Part shown: piece after piece, positions 19,826-33,563 of the stretch
How the letters are laid out: every line of letters begins with the position of its first letter
Numbering within the stretch: position 1 is the first letter of the stretch
Assembly: GCA_963693365.1 (NCBI GenBank)
Contig: CAVNZM010000004.1
Span: 5,272,564-5,336,563 of the forward strand
Length of the DNA: 64,000 nt
Source: Amoebidium appalachense
Lineage: Eukaryota; Protista; Ichthyosporea
Direction of reading: 5' to 3'
Notes under the pieces: model-generated
Told to the model about the DNA's origin: nothing
Databases searched by the model: none
What the model saw: the letters and a program-made list of their open reading frames with translations, nothing else
Program-made: the position numbers and the translations under genes

Positions 19826-22204
19826 AACAAACACGCACACGCACACGCACACGCACACGCACACGCACACGCACACGCACACGCACACGCACACGCACAC
19901 GCACACAAGCACAAGCACAAGCACAAGCACAAGCACAAGCACAAGCACAAGCACAAGCACACAAACACACACACGCACGCACGCGCACGCGCACGCGGGC
20001 GCGCGCGCGCGCACACACACACACACACGTTCAACCACGGCTGCTCATCCACCGCACACTTCATCCCCTACTCACCCACCCACCACCACAACACCCCCCT
20101 ACCCACCCACCCGCGCGCCCGCCCGCCCGCCCCACCCACCCACCCACCCACCCACCCACCCACCCACCCACCCACCCACCCACCCACCCACTCGCCCTAT
20201 CACCCACCCGCCTTCCACGGCACATGCATATGAGTGGCACAGCCAACCACTCACAAACCTCAAACACACACAGCTACTCACCAACTTAATCGACCTACCC
20301 ATACTCATCCCTCACTCCCCTACCCTTCACCCAACCACACACACGCACACACACAGCTGCCCTCCCTTCTCCCCACGCCCTACCGTGCTACCTACCCGTA
20401 CCCGCACCCACCAACCACACCCAACACCCCCATCCCCCCCCCCCCCCCCAAAAAAAACCCCCTCCCTCCCCACCCCACCCCCACCCCACCACCCACCCGC
20501 ATTTTTATTTCCCTCCTCGCCCACCCACCCAACCACCTACCCACCTACTACTCCCCCCCCCCCCCCCCCCCCCCCCCCCCTTCCCCCTCCCACCTCCCAC
20601 CTCCCCTCCGCACCGACCGCCGCAACCACCACCCACCCACCCACGACCTACCCATACATTTGACACACCTACCCACATCCACCCACCCACACATCCCGCA
20701 CCCCTCAGCCTCACCCCCATACCCATTTACCCCCCCCCCCCCCCCCCCCCCCTCCCCCTCCTCCCCCCCTCCCCCCAGGTTGACATGCCCACCATCAACC
20801 GCCTATTCCCCCAAGGCCAACCAATCACCATCCTCCATCCCTGGTACAAACGCTTCCGTGATGGTTGGCCCGGTATCCGCGTCGACAATGTAAATTTCCT
20901 GCTCAAAAATACGAATGTGACCCCCTTTCTCGAGTCACGGCGGGAGGGGTGGCAGGGCAAAAACCCCGACGAGGTGTTTTTACGTGCGACGGAGTGGAAA
21001 AAACGCGGAAACGAGAACTATCAGAGAAAGAATTACGGCGAAGCGGAGAGGTGTTATGTGCGCGCTCTCTCTATGCTTTTGAACGACTTGGGGTGGGCTC
21101 GCATGCAAGGTTTGGGGTTGCAAGACGACAATCAACAACCCACCACCACCACCACCTCTCCCATCTCTTGCATCGATACCAACATCGCCACGGCCACCAC
21201 CACCACCACAAACAACAACAACACAAACACCACAACCACCACAATCACCGGTAACGCCCCGGGCCCCTCCTCCATTCCAACCACAATCACAACCACCCGT
21301 ACTCCCACCCCAACCACTACCACCAACTACATCACCGAAACCATATCACCACCCACACCACTCGCACCACTCCGGTTCCCTACCAACCCTACCACCACCA
21401 CCCTTGCCACAGACATTCTTTCCAACCTTTCCGCTGTCGCGGTTGCGCAAAAACGGTGGTACTCCGCTGCGTGGTGGAGCAAGAAGTGTTTGATTTTAAA
21501 CAGTTCACATGTTAAAGGAGCGTTCCGATCGGCTACAGCGATGGTGGCGCTGGGCGCATACCAACCGGGGGTAAAGCTCGCAGATGGTTGGGTTAGACGG
21601 TTTGCTGAGGGTGTGGAGGAGCGAATCAAGTTCGAGCAGTTGGTTAAGAGGGCCAATGAAATGTATCAGAGGGTATTGAGTGACAAATACATTTATGAAT
21701 TGATTAGCATGGGGAAAGGTAGGCCTCCCCCCTCCCCCCCCTCCCCCCCCTCCCCCCCCCTTCTCTTTTGGCGTGCATTTGGGGGTCTCCAGCATCCTTC
21801 CTGCCCTCTTTTCCTTTCTTTTCTTCTTTCCTCAACCCTCCACATCTCCGTTTTGAACAGGCTTTCGCTTAAGGTCTATCTTGAGCTCGTTTTCCCCATC
21901 TCGATTCCTAACATTTGCGTGTTTCTTGCTCTGTGCTCTAGAAACACTCGTTTTCTTCTTTGCTTTCTTTCTCGCAGACCCCTGGGGGAGATATCGCGCA
22001 TGCGTAAACCTTCGTGTATGCAACAAAGCACACGCACATGCACACATTGTGGTAGCCAAATATCGTGCAACATTCACATGCGTGCATGTTGCAGGCACAG
22101 GGTGCCACTACCCCCACCTCTCCTCCCCTCCCCCCCGAACCCGTGCGCTGAAACACACACACGGGTGTCCATATGCGCACCCGCACACACACACGCACGC
22201 ATGT

Positions 22205-22275
<71 letters not shown>

Positions 22276-22929
22276 GACACACACACACACACACACACAC
22301 AGAGACAGACAGACAGACACACACACAGACACACACACACACACACAGAGACAGACAGACAGACACACACACAGACACACACGCGACCCCTACACACACA
22401 CATGCAGGAGAAAGGAAAAAGTGTCGTGCGTATGAGTGGAACGGGAGAACGGGAGGCAGTCTTATGGGAGTAGTGGGTAGGAAAGGATAGGAAAGGGGGT
22501 CGCGAGGGTGAACTTTTTTGGGGGGGGGGAGGGGGGGGGAGGGGTTGCACATACAATGAGCAAGGGCATGCACTTTTTCCTAATTTAGTGATTGCACTGT
22601 GGCCATGGGGATGGAAGGAGGGGATGATGGTGGGTGAGAAGATGAACGATGGGTGGTGGATAGGCGGAATCTTGTGGTTGGGGTGAAAGGGGGGCAGGAG
22701 TAGGAGAGGGTGAGGGGGGGGGGGGGGGGGGGGGGAAGGGGAATTTGAAAGAGTGGTGTGTGAAAGGGGGAGAGAGTGTGTGTGTGTCTGTGTGAACGCT
22801 GGGGCCAGGAGGGGGGGGGGGTTTACTCCACCAAAGTTGGGGAGGGGGGGGTGGGGTTGGGGTTGGGGTTGGAGGGTGGCAACCAAAACACTGACCATTA
22901 TTCGGATGAATCACATTTAATCGTTGCTC

Positions 22930-22990
<61 letters not shown>

Positions 22991-24164
22991 ACACACACAC
23001 ACAGATTGCACCCCCGTCCACCCCTTTATCGGCCAAATCCACGTCACCGTTATCCCGGGGAAAGGCCGAGGCATCATCACGACCGCACATACCCCCGCAG
23101 GCACCCTTCTCATTATTGAACCCCCCCTCGTGGTAGCGAAAGAAAAATTTACGGGTCTGGGTGGTCGGAATAATAGCCCTGGGGGGAAGGAGTTGTTCGT
23201 CCACACGGTTTCGACGGTGGTGGATGGTATGAAGAATGGCAGGCTGACTCCCTCCATACAAAACATGTTCGATATTGTGCGGTGTATGCACCCACAACCC
23301 GACGCGGCTACGTCGCACACTACGCAATTTTGACCATCGATGTTGCCGGGGGGGCTCAAAGAGAAAGCGGATGCGGTGGGGCTTACGGAGGGGGATCTTA
23401 TGCATTTACGCCGAGTAGTGGTCGAAAATAACCACGGGCTGCACACGGTGTGGAATGGACGCATGTCGGACAATGGGTGTGGGCTGTTCCCCCTAACCTC
23501 CTTCATCAACCATAGCTGTGCACCAAATTCCGTCTATTCGTCTGTGGGGGGTGCCATGATGGTGAGAGCAACAAGGGATATCGGGGTGGGGGAGGAGGTG
23601 ACGGTGGCGTATATCGGTACACATGACGCCAAAGGCCCCCACGAACGGAAGCGTGAATTTGCAGGAAAATACGGGTGTGAATGTGTGTGCGCTCTGTGCA
23701 CAGCGGCTCCCGAAACTCCACTTTACCGACTGGAACAGGAAAGCCAGGGGCTCAAATGTAACATCGACCCCACTCACACCCTTCTCCCTAGAGCACCCCG
23801 CGATGAATTTCCGACGTTTGTGTGTCAACATGCAGGCTGTATGGGGAGGATGACAGGGGAAAAAGCGAGGGAGCGAGTGCACCTTTTTCACGAAATGCTG
23901 AGTGGCATGATGGGATTGACAGCGGCTGGTAAATTTACAGAAGGTCTACGGAGAGCAAAGTCTTTGGGGAAGGAGTTGGATGGGCCTAGGGGACTGGGCC
24001 CACGACATCTATTTTGGGCGATGTACGCAGCAGCCGCTTCTAATTATGGAATGCTCGCAGGGGGTCGGAAATATACAGCGCAGGAATGCGAACGGGGCAT
24101 CCAAGTTTTGCGGTGGTATGCGGAAATGGGCGGTGGCGAATCCCCCCGATGGTCCTGCTTTTAA
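16270..24164 (+). CDS. TPR + SET domain (SMYD-like) lysine methyltransferase-family gene; contains an in-frame TGA (possible pseudogene or recoding)
   Basis: Exon 16270-16562; probable small exons near 17565-17649 and 18690-18760. Exon 20779-21718: HPWYK...GIRVDN, then [27 protein letters not shown]...ILSNLSA...[10 protein letters not shown]. Exon 23005-24164: [39 protein letters not shown], post-[14 protein letters not shown] at 23331-23333 is in frame. Confidence 0.8.
18811..18920 (-). repeat. G-tract-flanked repeat family, B copy in a SET gene intron
   Basis: cctgaggatgggctctgcttgttatgcatactctttatg...tacttcgtacttt...aaacc then poly-C; reverse complement of 5461-5569. Confidence 0.85.
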
Positions 24165-24355
24165 AAATTCGGCATATCCAAATGGTCGGGGGAAAAAAAG
24201 AGGGTGGAGGCAATCAGACAAGCATACGAATATCACCAAAAGACGCACGGGGGTGGAAAGGATGTGTTTGTGGGGATGTGCTTGGCGCCGGAGATGGAGG
24301 AAGAGGTGGGAAGGGCCCTGCGGGGGATGGATGTGTAGTATGAATGGGATTTTTT

Positions 24356-24386
<31 letters not shown>

Positions 24387-24459
24387 GGGGGGAGGGGGTT
24401 GTTGCGTTGGGTGGGTGAGGGGTACCGGTGGTGGTGGTGGTGGTGGTGGGGGGGGGGTG

Positions 24460-24491
<32 letters not shown>

Positions 24492-25188
24492 TGGAGTGGG
24501 GATGATGCGCAAATGCCTCCCTTTTTATTTGTTTTGCTTTTTTTTTTAGGGGTTTAGAGATGAATTCGGTAGCCAACGTAGCAGAGAACTATCAAAGTTG
24601 ACATTTTGGGCAATATTTCGTTAACTGGTTTAGAGAGCTCACCTCACACAGACCACCAATCGATAACTTCCATCCTGAGGTCCTCCTATCTATGTAGTGG
24701 AGGGGGGGAAGGGGGGGGGGGGGGGGGGGGGGGGGACTCAACTGGGTGGGGACGCTATATCGAGAGGAGAATGTACACAAACAGACACGTACATTGCACA
24801 CAGCCTGCAGGAACACAAAAGCACACAACGACACACCCATCAACACGGTGTGAAGAAACTCACTCAAGCAGGCACAAACAGCCGCACACATGTACACAAA
24901 ACAACGTGATGGCACACGTGCGCACATACGCCATCCACTTGCACTGTTACTAAATTATACATTTGTCTGTGAATGTGTGTGGGAACGGCTATATAGTAAA
25001 GGGGTTTACGCTGTTTACTCGAGGCAAAGAGAGACCAGTCTCAGGTATGGGGGGGGTTTTGCTCGGAATATCCCCTCAGCGGTATATCATGATCAAGTAC
25101 ATAGATGTCGGGTGACGATTATATATCAGGGTTTACTTTCTCTACGAGGCACCATAAAGACTAAGAAAACCAATTAGTTGGGCTCCCC

Positions 25189-25222
<34 letters not shown>

Positions 25223-25254
25223 CCCGGGCTCTCCTGGGACACTCGGTACCAGCT

Positions 25255-25327
<73 letters not shown>

Positions 25328-25570
25328 TGTGTGTGCTAGAATTTTGTAATGATGTGTTTCTCAAGCCAATCAATACATCTAATAAGCAGGTCATAGTTAC
25401 GTGTGTTTAGTATAAAAATCAAGGATGTTGTAATTTTCAGGTAGGCTATCTTTCTGGGTGTCTGTTGTGAATGTGTCGTGTGTGTGTTGCGGTATTATGT
25501 GGTCTATCAAACTACATTTGGCGATACATGATCGTTTAAACTGGTGTGTGCGTGTGTTGTTTGGGCATCC

Positions 25571-26650
25571 TTACGCGAGAGTAAACGATGCCACCTTATA
25601 CTTATTAGACCTCCACTGTATAGCACGTGTACAGTAAAAGCTTGGTAAGTGATCAATAATACCATCAGCTAGAGAAAGACCAGTTCTACAGGAAGGTATT
25701 ATGTATTTAGGTGTTATACATTTGCGAGTGCCATATTTGGCAATATGGTTAAGGCGGTCATTATATATAAAACGAGACATCAGGCTTAGTTTTTCAAGGT
25801 GTCTGCTTTCATCGGGTCTAATGTCGTGTGGTATCTTTTTCCATTTGTTATATTGTGTAATTATTTTGTGATTATGTACATGTCTAATAAGTAAGTGGCA
25901 GTCCAAAGTCACACGCACGCTTTTGCGGGGTTTATTTGTAGTTGTGCCCGGGGAAGAAGGAGAGAGGGAGGGAAGGAAAGAGGGGAGAGGTGGGGAGGGG
26001 ACAGGTCGGATAGAGAAGAGAGGGTGGGAGGGCAGATAATTCTTTAAGCGGCTTATGTGCTTATTGAATTTCAGCGCGAGATGGGATACTCTAGCAGCTA
26101 TTGGGACCAGACCAAATATCGAGAGCGTTACAGGCCCAGGTTTACAACAGTTGTTAGATAGAAAGGAGGCAACTTCTACTTCAAGGAAATTTGCCAAGAA
26201 TTTATGCGCTCTGGTTCTCTCTTTCTGGATCCAAGCGGCGAGAAGGGGTAAACCACATTCACATGCCGGGAAGACAAAAGTGCGAATAAATGTAAGTCTA
26301 ATAGAAGGATGGAGGGGTGTGTCTTAAAAAATATTAGCCGAGAAGAAAGCTAACCGCTTACGAGCCAGCTCTACCCTCTTTTCAACCATATGGGAAAACA
26401 TAACACCAACAGAATTGACCGGAACACCATGATATGTGTATTCTGGAACGATAGGTACAGGTTTAGATGATAATGTAAATGTGTGTAAATTGTTAGCTAT
26501 ATGAGGTACAAGAACACCACATTTGTCTATGTTAAGGATCATAAGGTTTGCCTTGCACCACTCTGACACGATATCGAACAATCTTTGCAGGCGTCTAGGG
26601 GTACGGGCAAATACATGTACCATCTCACGATCGCGAGTGGTCATGACTTG
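25571..26650 (-). mobile_element. 5'-truncated, decayed non-LTR (LINE) retrotransposon, RT C-terminal fragment
   Basis: LQRLFDIVSEWCKANLMILNIDKCGVL...PVPIVPEYTYHGVP matches the LINE RT region after the catalytic motif (L..W....L..N..K; Y.YLG). Stops interrupt the downstream frame and no YADD is visible. A minus-strand A-tract at 25190-25222 could be the tail. Confidence 0.75.
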
Positions 26651-26670
26651 TTTCATGTCGTAAAAACACC

Positions 26671-26820
26671 TTGGCCAGGGGCATCCGATTTGTGGACACA
26701 CAAGGGAAAATTTTGTTCGAAGAAGCATTACCCCCCCCCTTCTCCCCTCCCCCCGCCCGGCCAGGGGCAGCTAATCTGTAAACCGTGACAAGGGAAACTT
26801 TTATTCGAAGGAGCATCCCC
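26671..26820. repeat. Two diverged ~60-bp direct repeats at the 5' edge of the LINE fragment
   Basis: ggccaggggca...acaagggaaa...ttcgaagaagcat at 26673-26728 and ggccaggggca...acaagggaaac...ttcgaaggagcat at 26759-26816. Confidence 0.7.
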
Positions 26821-27867
26821 CCCTCCCCGTCCCCCCTCCCCCCCCCCCTCCTCCTTCTTTCCCAAAGTCCCCCCAGCCAACGAGAATGAGTCTCACCACT
26901 CCCTTAGTCTCGGAGAGCAACCAGTGGCGCATGTGTACACATTGCAACTTGGCATTTGTTTATCCATTGCAGCATGGCTGCCAACTTGGAGCCAAACAGG
27001 CCATTTCGTATGTTTGCAAATTGTTACGTGCAGAACACCCATCATGTTATGACACCAGAGAAGTCACACATTTACCCATGGGAGATCATTCCTGTGTATG
27101 CACAGGTAGCTCACGTTGCCCATTTACGTTTTAGCTACTTATATATACACCCTCAAATGAATAGTGAGGAGAATCGATTTGCCGCGCTCAGCTTAACGCG
27201 TTTTGCCGCGCTCTTTGACTAATAGACTAATGGCTTTAGCCAATCAGAACCTTTGAAGCTATTGCTGCGCGCCAGTCTCCCCCGGCCCGCGCCGCGCGCA
27301 CCCGCTTCGGCAAACACAGGTTTAGGTTTGTACCGCCAAAAGACTTGGAAGGAAGGCTGTTTAGCGAGTTCGGATGGCAGCATTCCAAGGGAAAGAAAGT
27401 GAAGTGAAAGAATTAGTGGGTAATTCGTGAAGCTATTATGGCATGTGTTCATGTGTTGGCTGCAATTCTTTTTTTTTTTTCTTGAAGGGCTGGCCGCAAA
27501 GGCAAAGCATCAACCCAAAAAGTTCTTCGCGTCACCTTTGTTCCCTACTGAATGGGATCAAAAGGTCAGAACATGAAAAACGTATGTGCTTGGATAGACG
27601 GGCTTACATATTATTAGGGACATTTAAGGTTGTGCAACAGTAAAGGAAGGATTAGAGCACTTGGATCTAGAGAAACCGGATCTGGTTTTTCACACCGAGC
27701 ACACACCGCTGACCAAGGACGTTTGATTTTTCTCGCTCTTCAGGCTGTGCCGTTTGCACGCACAACATGGGTCAAAAGTTTGGTAGTGAGGTCGCATAAT
27801 CAGGGGTAATAAACCTAGTATTATTTTTTTTTTCCAAAAGTTCTATAGGCACATCTTGTGGGAAAAG

Positions 27868-28896
27868 ATGGCCGAGTCTGCAGCTGAGTACTGTCCCGTG
27901 GAGCTATTGTGGGAGATATACTCCTACCTTCCTCTCCATGTCGTCGTACGGGTAAGTATTTTTTCCCCTCCCTTTTACACCCGCTTTATAATACTTCTCG
28001 GAATTTCTCGTGGTACGTTTGTCCATATGCCTTGTTGCAGTTTTGACTCGTGTTACCATCTTGATGCACCTGCTGCGAAAGACATCCTTTGATGTTGGAG
28101 GAAAGCTTGCACGCCCATGCTTCATCCCTTCAGTGAACCGTTTGATAGTCTGCTCTTGCCACCTCCAACATTACAGTGTGCTTTCCCCCCTAAGAACACG
28201 TGAAGCTCATGTGCATGAAATGTTAATAATCGAAAGCCAACTATCCACACCGGAGTGCATGTACTTGGCCCTACATCGACAAAGACACCGAGATGCGTAC
28301 ACACATACACAAGTCATAACCGGTATTTATCCCTTCCCCCCTCCCCGCCCTCCCCCCGCCCACCACCTTTTCCCCCCCCTTTTTTTTTCTTTTTTTTTTC
28401 TTCTTCTTTTTTTACACAATGTACAGGTGTGCAGTGCTGTGTGCCGCAACTGGCGCCGTGCAGCGCAAGACGTCAACCTGCCCACCGTCAAGCTAAGCAA
28501 GCACTACGCCGAGCGTCCAGGCCTCTTGGCCGTTGCACAGCAGGGGTGGCCCAAACTAATCCATCTATCTTTCGCATTCGACACGAAGAGCGCCGCTGCC
28601 CTCACCCTCCCATCCCCAGTTCGTTCCAGAAGCCCATCGATGGGTGTTACCCTACACACGGTCGATCTGAGGGGTACAGCCGTGGTAGATGTGAGCCCAC
28701 TGGGAAAATGCGAGGGGCTGCATACGCTCTTGTTGTCTCAGACGAGCGTTCGGGATGTGAGGCCTCTCGGAAACATCAAGTCTCTGCACACCTTGGTTTT
28801 GATGCACACCAAGGTACCCATCCTCTCTACCCTCCACCCACCACCCACTGCCCTTGATTCTTGACCCTCCCCCTCCTTCCCTCCCCCCTTCCCCCC

Positions 28897-28931
<35 letters not shown>

Positions 28932-30272
28932 CTCCCTCCCTGCCCACCACCACCGCCACCGGCCACCTTTTCCCCGCCATCCCCCCCCCCCCCCCCCCCC
29001 CCCCACCTCCCGATGGTTTATGTGGTTCCCACCATGCCCTTTGAGTCTACCTCTGAACAAACCTGAACTTTTGCCTATCAATGTATTGCGCCTTTGGAGC
29101 GATTTTTCTTGGTCATTGTAGAGCGTTGTGGGGTGTTCGTGGCTTTTTTTTTTTTTTTTTTTTTTTTGGATAACAACCACCCTGACCGAAAGAAATTATG
29201 CTCCAGTTTTAAATCTTCGCGCCCTTCTGAACCCCCCCCCCCCCCCCCCCCCCTCTCTCCCCACTTTTTTAGGGAATGTTTTCTGGAACACAGAATCCCC
29301 TTTCAACTCTGCATGTTTTTAAAGCTGGTCAAAGCCATGCGCGTTTTGGTGTCCGTGGGTTTCATGTTGCCCCTTCATTTAACTGCGTTTTCCTGTGTTT
29401 CTCAAGGTCTGAAACCCCCTCCTTGTGAACGTTAATTGAAACTTGAAATGGACACATTTCATGTCTGAATTCTTCAAAGTGATTCGTTTCTGGAAGCTTG
29501 CGGAAACTCTATTGTGTTTCTGGAACTTTCTGGAAACTGACTAAATCCACGAATCCCCTGTTTTTCTTGGCTTTTCCAGGAATTTCGGCCTTGCTTTTTT
29601 CCATTCTAATTGTTTTTGCAAACTGACTAAATTTATGCACCTGCTTTTCTTTACGCCACATTTCCGGAAAATTTAACTTAACTTTTGTTCTGGATGTTTC
29701 TGGCAACTGACTAGGCCTATGAACCCCAGCTTTTCTTGGCGTTTTTGGAAACTTTAACCTCCCCTTTTTTTTTTTCTTCTATAGGAATGTTTCTGGAAAC
29801 TGACTAATAAATCCATGAATCCTTGCCTTTCTTGACGTTTCCAAAAGCTTTCAACTTCTTTTTTTCCCTGTATGATTCCAGACACTTTTAATGCACTTTT
29901 GTTTCTGGATGTTAAAGGAAAAAATTGTGCATGTTTTCTGGAAAACTGACGTTCTTTTCTCCTTCTCCATTCAGGTTAAAGACATCAGTGGTTTGGGAGC
30001 ATGCAGCAACCTACACAGCCTCGATATCAGCCACACGGAAATCAGAAACATTGAGTGTTTACGCTCGTGCACGCTTCTGGAAACGCTTCTGTGCGAGGAA
30101 ACGCTCGTGCGCGATGTTTCGCCGCTCTCCGAGTGCCGCGAACTGCAGATGCTTGTTGTGGCGAAGAATAACATTGATGTGTTTGGGGTGGTGCGGCTGG
30201 CGGCGTGTGCGAATTTGGCGACTCTTGTGCTTGATAGTATAGGGCTGACAGATCAGGTGAGCGATGGGTTGT

Positions 30273-30320
<48 letters not shown>

Positions 30321-30362
30321 ATGGAGGTATGGTGATGTGTGTGTGTGTGTGTGTGTGTGTGC

Positions 30363-30393
<31 letters not shown>

Positions 30394-32061
30394 CGTGCGT
30401 GCGTGCGTCCGCGGGCGCGTGTGTGTGCATTTGGGTGTGTATGGTGGATGTGATGTGTGGCCTGTTTCTAGCGTTTTTGTGCGTGGGTGGTTTTTTTGTA
30501 CATTTGCATGGGTTTGATGTGCATGTTGTTGTTGTTGTGTGTGTGTGTGTAGTGTGTGTATATGTGTTGTGTGGTTGTATGTTGCGTGCGTCCGTGCGTG
30601 CGTGCGTGCGTGCGTGCATGTGCGTGCGTGCATGCCCCTTGTGTCTTGCATGTTTTTGCATTTTCGCTTTTATTTGTATCTACATGTGAACACCCATCAC
30701 ACATGCTTCTATACCCATTATGCACTTGCACATTCATGTATATGCCCCCATGCCCCCCTCTCCCCCGCCCCCCCCCCACCCCCCTCCATCCCTGCCTGCC
30801 CCCATGCCTACCATCCCCTTCCACCCCATGTACACGTCCTCGTATCGACAGCTGACAACCCCACCACGTGTGCCCCCCCTGAGGATGGGCTCTGCTTATT
30901 ATGCATACTCTTTATGTATGGTTTGCATTCTGCATCGTGTTATCCGTTGTTCTTGTGTACTTCGTACTTTATGACGCATTTAACCCCCCCCCCCCCTCCC
31001 CCCCCCCCCCCCCCCCCTCCCCCCCTTTCCCTCTTTTTCTTCCAGGGATTACGGCTGATTGCACCCACGCTTGCCACCCTGCCTCTTGTCGAGTTGAGTG
31101 TTAAGTGGAACCAGGGGGTGACCGACGTGCAGTGTTTGGCAAAATGCACAACTCTGAGAAGGTATTTACATTATCTCCTTCCCCCTCCCTCCCCTTTTTT
31201 TCTGGGCGCTGCAACACGGTCGATTTTCGGGGACTGGGATTGAATTAGGTCGCCCTTTCCGTTTTGTGTGCAAGATATTGGTTCGGAACACAGATCTTAA
31301 CGGCCGTTAAAGCAACCACCGCTACAAAGCAACCACCGCTACTTCCATTTTAGCAGTTGGGCGGCGAGCCACATTGGGGACGTCATTCTGTGCACAATAT
31401 TTATGACGCCGTGCAGGTCGAGATCTGAGAGCCGTATGTCGACACTGGCAATGTGACACATTTTGAATGTCTCTCTTGATTGGTGAGACGCATTTGAGAA
31501 ATGTGGCTCTCGGGTGGTCAGCGCCCAGACGCTAAAATGGGAGAAGCGGTGATTGGTTTAATGAGAGCTTCTTAGCTGCATACTTACTGTGGTTGCCCCC
31601 CCTCCCCCTTTTATGATGCATGCTCTTTGTGTGTGCTCTACAAAATCTGCATTTTATTGTCCTGTCGTAAATTTGTACTTCGTAACTTCGTACTCTTTCA
31701 CACACACTAACCTCCCGCCTCCCCTTACCCACTTTCTCCCCCCCTTCGCCCTCCTCCCCTCCCTCACCCCTCCCCCCCCCCTTCCCCCCCCCCCCCCCCC
31801 TTTCCCCCCTTCCCTCCCCCCCTCTCCCCCCCCCCCCCCCTCACACACACACACACACACAACACAGACTATCCCTCCAGGCCACCCGTGTATCTGACGT
31901 GTATGCTGTGAGGTATCTAGTGGACCTGCAGAGCCTCGACCTGTTTGGCACCATGGTTGACTCATATGCGGCACTGAGGGCATGCACACAGCTGACGGCA
32001 CTCAACCTCTATGGAACATACATACATGATGTGCAGGTGAGATACTTGGCGTTGAAAATTT

Positions 32062-32094
<33 letters not shown>

Positions 32095-32097
32095 CCT

Positions 32098-32131
<34 letters not shown>

Positions 32132-32184
32132 ACCCCCTTTCCCGTTTTGATTCTTTATCGTTAAGCAACCCCCCCCCCCCCCCC

Positions 32185-32218
<34 letters not shown>

Positions 32219-33222
32219 CCCCGCCCACCTTTGTGCTGTATACTGTGCACCGGTTCTAATTTCTCCTCATCCCCCCCCCCCCCCCCCCCCCCCCCTCCCC
32301 CCCCCCCCCTCCCCCCCCCCCTTCCCCCTTCTTCTCTTTGGCCACCCCTGAGAATGTGGCTCTGTTTACGATGCATATTCTTTGTGTGCGGGTCTGATTA
32401 TGTTGTCGGTCATGAATGTGTACTTCTCACCGTATAACACCCCCCCCCCCCCCCCCCCCCCCCCGCCCGCCCGCCCACCCCCTCCCCCATCCCCTCTCCC
32501 CTCTCCCCCCAAAACCACACGCACACACCTCCTATTTATATTGTACACTCTGTACCGGTTCTAAACCCCCCCCCCCCCCGACACACACACACACACACAC
32601 ACCCCACACACACACACCCACCCTCCCCTCCCCCCCCCCCAACCCTCCCCTGCCTCTCCCCTCTCTCCACCCCCGCCTCCCTCCCCCCCTCCCCCCTCCC
32701 TCTGCCTCCCTCTGTCTCGGTTTCATCCCCCCCTCCCCCCCGGCCCCTTTATACTACACTGCATGCGTGTTCTAACCTCCCCCCCCCCTCCCCTCTCTGC
32801 AGACACTCACGTGCATATCTGGCCTTGAGACACTTGAACTCAGCGAGACGGACGTCACAGACCTCAGCCCCCTCAGCAGTCTTTCCAGATTGCACACCCT
32901 GGGTCTAGCCCAGACGTTTGTGCGCTCAGTGGCTGCACTTGCGGGAATGAACCTACAGAGTTTGGACCTCACACACTCGCGGGTATGTGTGTTGTGTGTG
33001 TTGTTTTTGTGTTGTTTTTTGTTGGTTTGCATGTTGGTTTATGGTGTTGTTTGATGTGTTGGTTGATGTGATGTGTTATGTATTGTTTGGTGTGTTCTTA
33101 TGTTTAATATCCCTCCCCCCCCCCCCCCCCCCCCCTCCCCCCATCCCTTTAAGCGCCCACTCACTGGTGCATGGTGTTCCGCCAAACCAACCAACCCCCC
33201 CCCCCCCTCTTTGAACCATCAC

Positions 33223-33319
<97 letters not shown>

Positions 33320-33523
33320 GCACATACACACACACACGGGTTCCCATTGTTAGTCTTCCTTCAACCTCCCCCCCCCCCCCCCCCCCCCCCCTTCTCCCCC
33401 TCGGAGGCAGAGCTTTCTTCAATGTTGGATATTCTCTGTGTGCCCTTGTTTGCATGCCATATTATGCTAAGCCATTAAACCTGTTCCTCGTGAGTTGTGT
33501 CCTGCATTCTAATATACCCACCT

Positions 33524-33563
<40 letters not shown>

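Noticed and set aside
23331-24600. Selenoprotein or genome-wide TGA reassignment
   Set aside because: No SECIS recognised, the position is not a catalytic Cys, and the PLAC8 and F-box genes terminate at TGA. Kept only as an alternative in the findings.
30877-30985. Box C/D snoRNA or tRNA-derived SINE identity for the G-flanked repeat
   Set aside because: No proper RUGAUGA/CUGA terminal pair and no cloverleaf; only a weak B-box-like gtttcgaccc in the long subtype.
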